A program made the translations under genes and the position numbers. Source: Collinsella sp. (lineage in GTDB: Bacteria; Actinomycetota; Coriobacteriia; Coriobacteriales; Coriobacteriaceae). From it: DNA of 64,000 bases. Shown piece by piece: positions 10,171 through 20,037 of the stretch. The DNA lies in contig DBFBGO010000036.1 in the NCBI GenBank assembly GCA_048201895.1, forward strand, positions 31,194-95,193, read 5' to 3'. The notes under the pieces were generated by a model. That model was given only the letters and a program-made list of their open reading frames with translations, did no database searches and was not told where the DNA came from. Numbering within the stretch: the stretch's first letter is position 1; every line of letters begins with the position of its first letter.

Positions 10171-10313
10171 CCGTCGTCCAAAAATCGCCCGTAAAGGCGC
10201 GTTTATCTAATTTAATCTATCCCTTGCGGAATGCGGCTTGCTGGCGTTGTCTGGGCATTGATGGCTGCGTGGTTCAAGAGGCGGCGGTGCTGTTGCTTGA
10301 ATTTTTGCAGTTA

Positions 10314-10353
10314 AAGAGGCCCGTTTCCTTAGGTGGGGAAACGGACCTCTTTT
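10314..10353. terminator. Terminator for the minus-strand surface protein gene
   Basis: aagaggcccgtttcc...ggaaacggacctctt flanked by A/T runs. Confidence 0.6.
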
Positions 10354-10397
10354 TGTCTCTGGGCTTGTGGATTGGCGAAGGTAGTATGCTCTGGCGG

Positions 10398-11349
10398 CTA
10401 TTTTGAGTTCTTGAGGCGGCGTGTGGCTGCGGCGGTTATTCCGAGGCCTGCGGCGGCGATTCCTGCGAGTGCTATTGCGCTCGGCGCTGTGTCGCCCGTG
10501 TTCGCGAGCTTGCCGGCGGTCGTATCTGCTTGCTTGCCGCTGCTCGAGTTCGCCTGCTTGGTGGAGCTTGGTAGGGCGTCTTTGCCGGTTGCAGGTGAGG
10601 CAACGGGCGCTGTCGCCTCGGCGGGTTGCGTTGAGCCGGAGGGAGGCGTCGTCATAGGCCGTTTGAGCTTTTTTCAAATTGTCGAGGAGCGCATCTCGCC
10701 AGGCTGTGAACTGGTCGATATGGCCTTTATATTTCTCTACGGCACGTTCACAGTTATTAACTCGTCTTTCCTGATTTCTGAGGCGGAGCTGGTACTCGCG
10801 GAGCTCCGTTTCGCAATGGCCTACTTGCGCTTTTGCCGTTACGATCTCACTGCGCAACTGCCTTATATCCTGTTTAGTAATTTCGACAAGCTTCTCGTCG
10901 CCGAGTGCTTCGAGTGCCTTAAGCACCTCAAGTTTCTTGTCTAATTTTGCCTGGAGCTCGCTTACCCGGTTGATGGCCCCGTCGTATTTGGCTTGGGCTG
11001 CATCGACGTCCGCTTGCATGGTGGGAAGGAGTTCCCTCTCTTCGGCGGCTTGCGCCACCATCTTTTCGCGGTACTCTTGAAAACGGGCAATGTCATCATT
11101 GAATCTCGCAATTTTCTCGGGACTTGCGGCGTCTTTTGCGGCCTCGAGGTTTTTGAGCGCTTCCTGCATGGCTGCATACGCTTTTTCTTTTGCGGCGGCC
11201 GCGTCTTCCGTCTGCAAGGCAACTGCACCGGTGGGGGAGCTGGCTTCTGCCGCGATCGCCGTTGCGGGGGCGATTCCCGCGACAAGTGCCGCGGAAAGGG
11301 CGATGCCCACAGTTGCTCGTCTTTCTCTTCTTGCGAGAATGTCGTTCAT
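10398..11349 (-). pseudogene. Coiled-coil cell-surface protein with LANTG sortase signal, frameshifted near 10645
   Basis: Signal peptide and heptad-rich body in ORF 11349; P/T/S linker, LANTG, hydrophobic helix and RRLKNSK tail in another frame (10398-10655). Confidence 0.75.
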
Positions 11350-11564
11350 CTCGGCACCTCATTTCAAGGGTCGGCGACTAACTTGGTAGCACTAATGTAA
11401 ATATATCAGGCGGTCGACCCGACACTGGCTGGGTGTGCGCGTGCCTCTCCGCTTCTTTGGAAACCGAATCCCATTAGAAATGGCGAGTTGTTTACTCGTC
11501 TTTTGGGCTCACCGTACTATCATGATTCGAATTGAGTGTGAATGATGATAGGGAGCGCCTTTTT

Positions 11565-13418
11565 ATGATTGAGCTGCTCAGGCGTTTTGGTGGCAAGTTT
11601 CGCCGGTATATGGTGATCGGCCCAGCGTGCAAGTTGATCGAAGTGATTTTTGACCTGCTGACGCCGTTGGTGATTGCCCAGATGATCGATAAGGGCATCG
11701 GCGCACGCGATGCGAACGCTGTCGTCCACTACGGCATGGTGCTCGCCGCCATGGCCGTGATCGGCATCTCGTTTACGCTCGTCTGCCAAAAGATGGCGGC
11801 GCTCACCTCGCAGGGCATGGGTACCGATATCCGCGGCGCGCTCTACGAGCACATCAACAAACTGAGCCATGCCGAGCTCGACCGCTTTGGCACGCCGTCG
11901 CTCATCACGCGCATTACCAACGACGTCAATCAGGTGCAGCTGGCCGTGGCACTGGGCGTACGCATGCTCATCCGCTGGCCCTTCTTGGCGGTGGGCTCTA
12001 TGTGCGCGGCCCTTGCCATCGACCTTAAGCTCGGCATGATCTTTTTGATTTGCACGCCCGCTATCGGCCTGGTGTTTTGGTTTGTCATGGCGCGCTGCAT
12101 TCCGTATTACAGGCAGCTGCAGGCAAAGCTCGACCGCATCGCGCTTATCTGCCGCGAGGGGCTTTCGGGCGCCCGCGTGGTTCGCGCCTTTGTGCGCGAG
12201 GGCCACGAGCGTGAGCGTTTTGCCCAAGCCGCCGATGACCAGGCCAATACCGCCATCGCGGTGGGCAAGTTCTCGTCGGTTCTCAACCCCGTGACGTTTT
12301 TGGTGATGAACCTGGGTGTGTGCGCCATCCTGTGGGTGGGCGGCATTCAGGTCAACGTGGGCGGGCTCACGCAGGGCCAGGTCATGGCGTTTGTGAACTA
12401 CATGACGCAGACCCTGACCTCCATCGTGTACGTCGCCAACCTGGTCGTGGTCTTTACCAAGGCGAGCGCCAGTGCGTCACGTATCAACGAGGTGCTCAAT
12501 TGCGTGCCGAGCATCACCGACGAGGGCAACCAGCCGGTCGCGCTGCCCAAGCCGGGCAATGTCGCTCCCGTTCCTGCGCTGGGCTTGAGCCATGCGAGCT
12601 TCTCGTTTGGCGCCGGCGCTGCCAACGCCGTCAACGATGTGACCCTGGAGCTGCCGCTGGGCAAGACGCTCGGCATTATCGGCGGCACTGGCAGCGGTAA
12701 GTCGACGCTCGTCTCGCTCATCCCGCGCCTGTACGATGTGAGTGCCGGCAGCGTGAGCGTGATGGGCGCCGACGTGCGCACCTGGCCGCTCGACCGGCTG
12801 CGCCGTGTGGTCGCGACCGTCCCGCAGCGCGCGTCGCTGGTGAGCGGCACCATCCGCAGCAACCTGACCTGGCGTGACGAGTCGGCGACCGACGAGGAGC
12901 TCTGGGCGGCGCTCGACATGGCGCAGGGGAGCGAGTTCGTGCGCAACAAGCCCCAGGGGCTCGATGCCCCGGTCGAGGCGGGCGGCAAGAACTTTAGCGG
13001 TGGCCAGCGCCAGCGCCTGACCATCGCGCGCGCCCTGGTGGGCTCGCCTCAGATATTGATCATGGACGACTCCGCCTCGGCACTTGACTTTAAGACTGAT
13101 GCGGCGCTTCGCCATGCCATCCACGAGCGCAGCGTGTGTGGCGCTGCTGGGGGCGGGCTGCCGCTCACGACGGTGATCATAAGCCAGCGCGTCTCGACCG
13201 TGCGCGACGCCGACATGATCTGCGTGCTCGATCACGGCTCGGTTGCGGGCCTGGGCACGCATGACGAGCTGTATGCAAGCTGCCAGCTCTACCGAGAGAT
13301 CTGCCAGTCGCAGCTGCGCCGCGAGGAACTCGAGGGCCAGCAGGGGAGTGCGGCGCCCGCGCCCGCCCCAGGCGCCCAGACCGCCCCTGCATCTGTCTGC
13401 GCAAAGGAGGGCTGCTAA
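11565..13418 (+). CDS. ABC exporter TMD-NBD subunit (degenerate site)
   Basis: GGTGSGKS, FSGGQRQR, IMDDS, SQR. Confidence 0.92.
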   Translation: MIELLRRFGGKFRRYMVIGPACKLIEVIFDLLTPLVIAQMIDKGIGARDANAVVHYGMVLAAMAVIGISFTLVCQKMAALTSQGMGTDIRGALYEHINKLSHAELDRFGTPSLITRITNDVNQVQLAVALGVRMLIRWPFLAVGSMCAALAIDLKLGMIFLICTPAIGLVFWFVMARCIPYYRQLQAKLDRIALICREGLSGARVVRAFVREGHERERFAQAADDQANTAIAVGKFSSVLNPVTFLVMNLGVCAILWVGGIQVNVGGLTQGQVMAFVNYMTQTLTSIVYVANLVVVFTKASASASRINEVLNCVPSITDEGNQPVALPKPGNVAPVPALGLSHASFSFGAGAANAVNDVTLELPLGKTLGIIGGTGSGKSTLVSLIPRLYDVSAGSVSVMGADVRTWPLDRLRRVVATVPQRASLVSGTIRSNLTWRDESATDEELWAALDMAQGSEFVRNKPQGLDAPVEAGGKNFSGGQRQRLTIARALVGSPQILIMDDSASALDFKTDAALRHAIHERSVCGAAGGGLPLTTVIISQRVSTVRDADMICVLDHGSVAGLGTHDELYASCQLYREICQSQLRREELEGQQGSAAPAPAPGAQTAPASVCAKEGC

Positions 13419-15278
13419 ATGAATCCGTACACTTCCTCCGGTTCGGTCGCCACGATGACGGCCAACGTGTCCGGTAACGATAACCTCAACGACCTGGGCG
13501 ACGGTCCGCGCCAGCCCGGCGACCCTGAGCGCTATCCCGTGGGCGCGGTGACCCGCCGCCTGCTGGGCTATGTTCGCCCGCACCGCGTCTCGTTTACGGC
13601 GTCGTTTGTGAGCGCCGCCATATCGGTGATCTTGCAGCTCTACACGCCCATTCTCATTGGTGAGGGCATCGATCTTATCGTCGCCGCCGGGCAGGTGGAC
13701 TTCGATGCGCTGCTGCCACTCGTTACCAAACTCGCGCTCGTTGTGGTGGGCGCCGCGGCCTTCCAGTGGCTACAGGGCTACTGCGTCAACCGCCTGTCCT
13801 ACGAGACGGTGCGCGACATGCGCGTGGAGGCGAGCGATAAGCTCAGCTGTATGCCGCTCAGCTTTATCGACAGCCATGCCCACGGCGACCTTATGAGCCG
13901 CGTGGTCAACGACGTCGACCAGGTGGGCGACGGTCTGCTGCAGGGCTTCACGCAGCTCTTCACCGGTGTTATTACCATCGTTGGCACGCTCGCGTTTATG
14001 CTTTCCATCAACCCGACCATGACGCTCGTGGTGGTACTCGTCACGCCGCTTTCCATTTTTGCAGCCGGTGCTATTGCCAAGTTTTCCAACAAAAGCTTTA
14101 CGGCTCAGCAGCGTATTCAAGGGCAGCTCGGTGGTCATATCGAGGAGTACGTAGGCGAGCAAAAGCTTGTCGACGCCTTTGCCTATGGCCCGAACGCCCA
14201 GCAGCGCTTCGATGCCCTCAATGCCGAGCTCTACACCGCGGGCGAGCGCGCGCAGTTTATGGGTTCGCTCTCCAACCCCGGCACGCGCTTTATCAATAAC
14301 ATCATCTATGCCGTGGTCGCTGTGATCGGCTGCGTGGGCGTGATCACGGGCATGCCCGCGGCGCTTACGGTGGGCGGCGTTCAGATCTTTCTATCCTATG
14401 CCAACCAGTACACCAAGCCGTTTAACGAGGTCACCAACGTCATTACGCAGATCCAGACCGCGTACGCCTCGGCGCGCCGCATGTTTGCGCTGCTCGATGC
14501 GCGCGAGCAGGAGCCCGACGCGGAGGATGCCGTGGAACTTGCCGTCCCGCAGGGCGAGGTGACCTTTGAGCATGTGGACTTTAGCTACGTGCCCGACCGC
14601 AAACTGCTGCAGGATATCTGCATCGAGGCTAAGCCCGGCATGCGCTTTGCCCTGGTCGGCCCCACGGGCTGCGGCAAGACGACGCTCATCAACCTGCTGC
14701 TGCGCTTTTACGATATCGATGCCGGACGCATCATGGTCGATGGCAGGTCTTCGCGTGACTACACGCGCACAAGCCTTCGCCGTGCCTTTGGCATGGTGCT
14801 GCAGGACACTTGGCTGTTCGAGGGCACGGTGGCGGAAAACATCGCCTACGGCTGTCCCGACGCCACACGCGAGCAGGTTATCGAAGCTGCCAAGCGCGCG
14901 CATGCGCACAAGTTTATCGTGCAGCTGCCAGGCGGCTACGACACGGTGATCGGCGAGGACGGCGGCACGTTTAGCCAGGGCCAAAAACAGCTGCTGTGCA
15001 TCGCGCGCGTCATGCTCACCGACCCGGCTATTCTGCTGCTGGACGAGGCGACGTCGAGCATCGATACGCGTACCGAGCTGCAGGTGCAGGCGGCATTCGA
15101 CGAGCTCATGGCCGGCCGTACGAGCTTTGTGGTGGCGCATCGCCTGAGCACGATTCGCAACGCCGACTGCATTCTGGTCATGCGCGACGGCCAGATTATC
15201 GAGCGCGGTACGCACGACGAGCTGCTAGCGGCAGGCGGCTTCTACGCCGAACTCTACCGCAGCCAGTTTGCCCAGTGA
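13419..15278 (+). CDS. ABC exporter TMD-NBD subunit (consensus site)
   Basis: GPTGCGKT, FSQGQKQ, LLDEATS, AHRLST; abuts previous gene. Confidence 0.92.
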   Translation: MNPYTSSGSVATMTANVSGNDNLNDLGDGPRQPGDPERYPVGAVTRRLLGYVRPHRVSFTASFVSAAISVILQLYTPILIGEGIDLIVAAGQVDFDALLPLVTKLALVVVGAAAFQWLQGYCVNRLSYETVRDMRVEASDKLSCMPLSFIDSHAHGDLMSRVVNDVDQVGDGLLQGFTQLFTGVITIVGTLAFMLSINPTMTLVVVLVTPLSIFAAGAIAKFSNKSFTAQQRIQGQLGGHIEEYVGEQKLVDAFAYGPNAQQRFDALNAELYTAGERAQFMGSLSNPGTRFINNIIYAVVAVIGCVGVITGMPAALTVGGVQIFLSYANQYTKPFNEVTNVITQIQTAYASARRMFALLDAREQEPDAEDAVELAVPQGEVTFEHVDFSYVPDRKLLQDICIEAKPGMRFALVGPTGCGKTTLINLLLRFYDIDAGRIMVDGRSSRDYTRTSLRRAFGMVLQDTWLFEGTVAENIAYGCPDATREQVIEAAKRAHAHKFIVQLPGGYDTVIGEDGGTFSQGQKQLLCIARVMLTDPAILLLDEATSSIDTRTELQVQAAFDELMAGRTSFVVAHRLSTIRNADCILVMRDGQIIERGTHDELLAAGGFYAELYRSQFAQ

Positions 15279-15399
15279 GCAAGCCCGTGGGGCAAATTAA
15301 TCAATCGACAGACGGTGGTTTACATCTGTCACGTTAGTACTAAGATATTCATCTAATAAATTGCATTAGTGGCTTTAGTTTTGGGGGAAACGAGGCAAC

Positions 15400-15957
15400 G
15401 TGACTATGACGTGCTCTTTGGTGGTTAACAGCAAGAGCGGTAATACCAGGATGGTTTCGGGCGCGATTAAGCGCGCTCTGCAGGCTGCGGGTGTTGAGTT
15501 TGTCCATGCCGCGGCGTTGAGCGACGATGCGGATGCAGATCAGGTTGCGCTCGAGGCGCAGGGCGCCTGCGCGGCCGACACGGTGCTCGTCGGTTTTTGG
15601 TGCGACAAGGGCGCGTGCACGCCTTCGGTCGCGGCGTTGCTCTCCGCTTTGCACGGCAAGCGCGTCTTCCTGTTTGGCACCTGCGGTTTTGGTGCTGACC
15701 AGAGCTATTACCAGCAGATTATTGATCGCGTAACTTCCAATTTGGCTGGGGATGCCGAGCTTGCGGGCTGGGCGATGTGCCAGGGCAAGATGGGCCCTGC
15801 GGTCAAGCAGCGCTACGAGGCCATGCTCGAGCAAGATCCCGACAACGCTCGCTATAAGATGCTGCTCGACAACTGGGTTGCCGCGAAGGACCATCCCACC
15901 AAGGAAGATCTGGATAACATGGCTGCAGCCGCTAAAAAGGCCGTTTTGGGCGAGTAG
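15400..15957 (+). CDS. Flavodoxin-family protein (Flavodoxin_3/BilS-like)
   Basis: SKSGNT FMN loop, VGFWCDKG, VFLFGTCGFG, CQGKM, HP motifs. Confidence 0.8.
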   Translation: MTMTCSLVVNSKSGNTRMVSGAIKRALQAAGVEFVHAAALSDDADADQVALEAQGACAADTVLVGFWCDKGACTPSVAALLSALHGKRVFLFGTCGFGADQSYYQQIIDRVTSNLAGDAELAGWAMCQGKMGPAVKQRYEAMLEQDPDNARYKMLLDNWVAAKDHPTKEDLDNMAAAAKKAVLGE

Positions 15958-16000
15958 CTTCGTCGTTCGCGGTCCTTCGTGCAAAACAATACAAATGTGA

Positions 16001-16028
16001 AAGCCTCGAAGTTCTCGAGGCTTTTTTC
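16001..16028 (+). terminator. Intrinsic terminator after flavodoxin
   Basis: aagcctcga-agttc-tcgaggctt followed by a T run. Confidence 0.65.
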
Positions 16029-16180
16029 TTGACACTTGTGGGCACAACCGCTGCAAGCGTTTGGGGCGACATTTTCCATCACCCCTATGACGAGGCCGTC
16101 CTGGACGACACGCTCTCATGCGTTCGCTTGATGCATTCAGAGTGGGACGGGCTTTCCGGATGGATGGGGTTTCGGAAAGT

Positions 16181-16274
16181 GTGTCCCGGAATTCGCCTTT
16201 GTAATGGGATGCAGTTTCCCAACGGAGCCACAAGCGGAAACTGCATCCCATTCCGGACATGGATTCTGGGACAC
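16181..16274. repeat. Nested inverted repeat
   Basis: 17-bp perfect aatgggatgcagtttcc/ggaaactgcatcccatt inside gtgtcccggaat/attctgggacac. Confidence 0.7.
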
Positions 16275-16367
16275 GGTTTCCGGATGCAAAAAGGCCACAT
16301 GACGTGGCCTTCAACTTATATATGTACAGCAGATGTCCCCATGACAAGCCGCGTTTCAACACCGAGG

Positions 16368-16498
16368 CGTCTGCCCGGCGACGCGGAATGTAAGGTTCAT
16401 CGCGAGTTCCGCACGAGCCGGAGAGCACTTAATGTGCTCTCCGTGCGAGCAGGACTGTCCGAGCAGGGAACCTTACGTTCCGCGCCGCCGGGCAGACG
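16368..16498. repeat. Long multi-stem hairpin element downstream of the LTA synthase gene
   Basis: cgtctgcccggcgacgcggaatgtaaggttc ... gaaccttacgttccgcgccgccgggcagacg with inner ggagagcac/gtgctctcc. Confidence 0.7.
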
Positions 16499-16517
16499 AA
16501 CCAGCTAAGACGTGTCG

Positions 16518-18818
16518 CTACTTGATCTTGGTTGTTCCCGGCGCCAGGTTGGGGTCGGTTTCGTTGGCCTCGGTCTGGAAGTGCTCGGTGTACACGTTCT
16601 TGCCGTCGCGGAACATCTCGTAGTACTGCATCTTGGCGTAATCCTCGCGCGCCTTGGTTGCGGCAGCGGCAGCGGCGTCGTCACCGGTGACGTTGGAGGA
16701 GAGCGCCCAGCGCAGGCTGGCGTCCTCGTAGCCCACGGAGTTGATAGCGGGCAGCGACTCGCGCAGCGTCATGTGCGCCTTCTGATAGTCGGTCAGCGGT
16801 GCGCCGATCAGCTGCATCAGCTGCGTGGACAGGTAGTTGGTGGACAGGTCGTCGACCTCGCTTGTCTGGTCGCAGCCGGCAACGTCGTAGTTGGCCCAGA
16901 TGATGTAGTCGGTCTGCCACAGACGTTCCTGGTGCGTGGCGTCGTCCTCGCCGGTAAACCACTTATCGTTGAACTTGGACGGGAAGAACGGCTGGTGATC
17001 GCCCCAGAACACCACGACCACCTTGCGGTCGAGCTTGCTCAAGGCGTTGAGGAAGTAGCGCAGCGCCTGGTCGGACTGCTCGATGCACGAGACGTACTCG
17101 TCGACATCGGACAGCGTGCCGTCCTCGATGGTCTTGGCGTCCAGGTCGGTCGTGTCGATGCTGAGGTGCATCTGCTTGTCGACCGGCAGCAGGCCCGTGT
17201 CGTAGCCCGAGTGGTTCTGCATGGTCACGTCGAAGATAAACTGCGGATCGGCGTTCTGGTCGAGCAGCTCAAGAATCTTGTCGTAGGTAGCCTGGTCGGT
17301 CACCATGCCGCGCAGGGTGTCGGCTCCCTGGAAATCGTTGATGGACAGGAACTGGTCAAAGCCAAAGTCCTTGTAGACGTTCTCGCGGTTCCAGTTGGTC
17401 GCGTGGTTGGGGTGCATGGCCGTGGTGGAATAGCCGAGCGATTTGAACTGCTCTGCCAGGTTCCCGGTCGTTTCCATGTTGTAGATGGTGTAGGGGTACA
17501 CGCCCGAGCCCAGGTTGGCCATGGAGTTGCCGGTCATAAACTCAAACTCGGTATTGGCGGTGCCGCCGCCGTAGGCACTCACGTAGAGCTTACCGCGGCT
17601 GAGGCAGTTGGACAGGCTCTTAAAGTACTGCGGACCCTCGTAGCCGGCGCGCATGTTCTGGTAGATCGACAGATCCGAGAACGTCTCGTTCATGATGGCG
17701 ATGACCGTGGGCTTCTCGCTGTCGAACTGCTCCTGGGCGGCGGCGCGCTCGTCGCTCTTGGCCGCGTCGGACTTGTCGTAGGCCTTGGCGTACTTTTTGA
17801 GCGTGGCCTTGGCATCGTCGACGGAGTAGTCGGCGGGTTTGGGCGGCTTGATGGACTGCGCTGCGCTAATGAAAGCGGGCAGGTAGCCCTCGCGCCAGTA
17901 GCTCTCGAGCGGGCGCCAGGTGTAGACGGTGATGCCGAGGGTGTTGTAGTAGTCGATGAGGGTGACGTGCGCGGTCACGCCGCCCAGGCACAGTACGGCG
18001 ACGAGCAGGTTGGTGAGCAGCATGCGCTTGGCGTTGGCGGCACCCTTCTGACGGTGCGGTGCCACCAGGCCGGCGTACTCGCACAGCAGCATGGCGATGG
18101 CGGTAAAGCCCATGGACAGCACGCAGAACAGCGAGATGGAGAAGGTGTAGCCGTTGCCGGCGACCGCGGCGGCGGTGGAGATGGCCGAAAGGTCGCCCGG
18201 CTGGATGGGCATGGATTTAAACGTGATAACGAAGAACTCGGCAATGCCCAGGATAAAGAGGGCGAAGGCCAGGATCGCGGGAGCTGCGCCGTGGCGCTGG
18301 AACAGGAAGAAAAGGCCGGTCATGAGCACGGTAATGATGGCCCACTCGAGCAGGATGCACAGGGGGTAGACCCAGGTAAAGTCGTGGTTGGACGAGACCT
18401 CCATGCCCAACAGCGCAAAGACGCCGGCGAGCAGCAGACACAGCACGGCGGCGACGAGTGGCTTGCCCACAAAGGCGCCGCGCAGACGGGCGAGCTTGCC
18501 GGTGGGAACGGGGGCGTCGGGCGCGGCGAACGCAAAGACGCGCGGGGCGATGCGGTCACGTGCGATGCTGGCCCAAGCGCAGCCGGTGAGGATGGCGTTG
18601 GTCAGGATGAGCATCACAAAGGCGAGCGGCTCGTTTTGGGCGACGAGGCCAATGGCGCCCCAAATGGTCAAAAAGACCTGGAACAGGCCGAAGGCGACGC
18701 TCCACCCAAGAGCGCTTTTGGCAACGGTGCCCGACTGAGCGCGAATGGCCTTGGCCTCGCGCAAGACAAGGTAGACGGTCGCCGCAAGACCGACGAGCGA
18801 GATGGCGGCAGCGAACAT
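16518..18818 (-). CDS. LTA synthase family (sulfatase-like) membrane protein
   Basis: Multiple TMs, then IMNETF, GGGTANTEFE (catalytic Thr), TMQNH, WGDHQP; AGGAG RBS. Confidence 0.88.
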   Translation of the reverse strand: MFAAAISLVGLAATVYLVLREAKAIRAQSGTVAKSALGWSVAFGLFQVFLTIWGAIGLVAQNEPLAFVMLILTNAILTGCAWASIARDRIAPRVFAFAAPDAPVPTGKLARLRGAFVGKPLVAAVLCLLLAGVFALLGMEVSSNHDFTWVYPLCILLEWAIITVLMTGLFFLFQRHGAAPAILAFALFILGIAEFFVITFKSMPIQPGDLSAISTAAAVAGNGYTFSISLFCVLSMGFTAIAMLLCEYAGLVAPHRQKGAANAKRMLLTNLLVAVLCLGGVTAHVTLIDYYNTLGITVYTWRPLESYWREGYLPAFISAAQSIKPPKPADYSVDDAKATLKKYAKAYDKSDAAKSDERAAAQEQFDSEKPTVIAIMNETFSDLSIYQNMRAGYEGPQYFKSLSNCLSRGKLYVSAYGGGTANTEFEFMTGNSMANLGSGVYPYTIYNMETTGNLAEQFKSLGYSTTAMHPNHATNWNRENVYKDFGFDQFLSINDFQGADTLRGMVTDQATYDKILELLDQNADPQFIFDVTMQNHSGYDTGLLPVDKQMHLSIDTTDLDAKTIEDGTLSDVDEYVSCIEQSDQALRYFLNALSKLDRKVVVVFWGDHQPFFPSKFNDKWFTGEDDATHQERLWQTDYIIWANYDVAGCDQTSEVDDLSTNYLSTQLMQLIGAPLTDYQKAHMTLRESLPAINSVGYEDASLRWALSSNVTGDDAAAAAATKAREDYAKMQYYEMFRDGKNVYTEHFQTEANETDPNLAPGTTKIK

Positions 18819-19031
18819 GCTGAGACTCCTCACAAACTAAAACGTACGAAAGCGGGGGTTTACCCGATTGTTACCGAGATATGCGCTGCAATTGGTGTCT
18901 GCGCACAACAACCAGCCATATTAACGCGCACGTGTGGCGGTGTGGCGCAATGTAGTGGCGACCTGCGCGATAATGGACGGGAATTACACGGAAACGTAAA
19001 GGCTTCTTAAAGAATTAGCGAGGATGAGGCG

Positions 19032-19880
19032 ATGAACGAGCAGGTTTGCACCAAGGCTGTGGATACGTGTGGCTATCCGGTCGAGACCACGGGCAATGCG
19101 GTGCTGGACACGTTGGAGCACCGTTCCTCAACGCGTGCCTTCGCGCGTGATGACGACGACCGTCCCGTGGCGGTGACCGACGAGCAGCGTGCGGCAATTT
19201 TGCATGCGGCGAGTCGCGCGCCGTCGGCGGGCGCCATGATGATGTATTCCATCGTGAGCATTCGCGAGCAGGCTACGCTGGATCGTCTGGCCGACCTGTG
19301 CGACCACCAGCCCATGATCGCCAAGGCGCCCTGGGCACTAATATTTGTGGTCGATTATGCCAAGTGGATCGATCTGTTTGAGCACGTGGGCTGCTTTGAG
19401 CCCGAGTTTGTCGAGCGCACGGGTAAAGCGCCCCGCCGCGCGCCGGGTTTGGGCGACTTTGCCATCGCGGCCCAGGACGCCGTGATTGCCGCGCAAAACG
19501 CCGTGGTTGCCGCCGAGGCCCTGGGGCTGGGGAGCTGCTACATCGGTGATATCGTCGAGAATGCCGAGGAAGTTGCCGAGCTGCTCGATCTGCCGCCCTA
19601 TACCATGCCGCTATCGATGCTCATCATCGGCATGCCCCGTAAGGAGCGTCCGGCGATTGCGCATCCTGTGGTGAACCTGGTGCACGAGGAGCGCTACTGC
19701 CGCGCCGATGCTGCGACCATGGACGCGCAGGTGGCCGAGATGGACGCGATGTTTCGCCCGCATGCCCGCGAGGTGGGCGAGCGCGTGGTGGATATCTACG
19801 CCCGCAAACACACCAGTCCCTTTATGGCCGAGATGAGCCGCTCCATGGAGTGGTGGTTCAAAAATTGGCTTGGAAAATGA
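19032..19880 (+). CDS. Nitroreductase family protein (NfsA/Frp-like)
   Basis: HRSSTRAF, RAPSAG, QDAVIAAQN..AAEALGLGSCYIG. Confidence 0.88.
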   Translation: MNEQVCTKAVDTCGYPVETTGNAVLDTLEHRSSTRAFARDDDDRPVAVTDEQRAAILHAASRAPSAGAMMMYSIVSIREQATLDRLADLCDHQPMIAKAPWALIFVVDYAKWIDLFEHVGCFEPEFVERTGKAPRRAPGLGDFAIAAQDAVIAAQNAVVAAEALGLGSCYIGDIVENAEEVAELLDLPPYTMPLSMLIIGMPRKERPAIAHPVVNLVHEERYCRADAATMDAQVAEMDAMFRPHAREVGERVVDIYARKHTSPFMAEMSRSMEWWFKNWLGK

Positions 19881-19881
19881 C

Positions 19882-19916
19882 GAATGCGGCAAAGGGACAG
19901 TCCCTTTGCCGCATTC
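19882..19916. repeat. Short REP-like palindrome (aatgYgRcaaaggg-acagt-ccctttgYcRcatt); other copies 2715-2746, 22370-22401, 39281-39313, 40818-40840 (half), 44265-44297, 51028-51043 (half), 60067-60092 (half)
   Basis: Direct sequence comparison of copies; most sit just after stop codons. Confidence 0.8.
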
Positions 19917-20037
19917 CATATCGCCGCGGTAGCCTAAAGACTGTATAAATCTTTATCTATCTGGGAAAACAGTGCATTAAAACAGGGCCGATTACCTATA
20001 ATCCCTTCGAACATTAAAGTTGGGAGGAAACCGGCTT

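Noticed and set aside
10207..10640. Arg-rich C-terminus of the 380-aa ORF
   Set aside because: Out-of-frame read-through past the frameshift and across the terminator
16029..16508. 159-aa ORF in the flavodoxin-LTA synthase spacer
   Set aside because: Runs through inverted repeats, atypical codons, no motif; a small gene remnant cannot be excluded
16512..19010. 832-aa plus-strand ORF
   Set aside because: Antisense shadow of the LTA synthase gene; no motifs; expected with GC-rich codon bias
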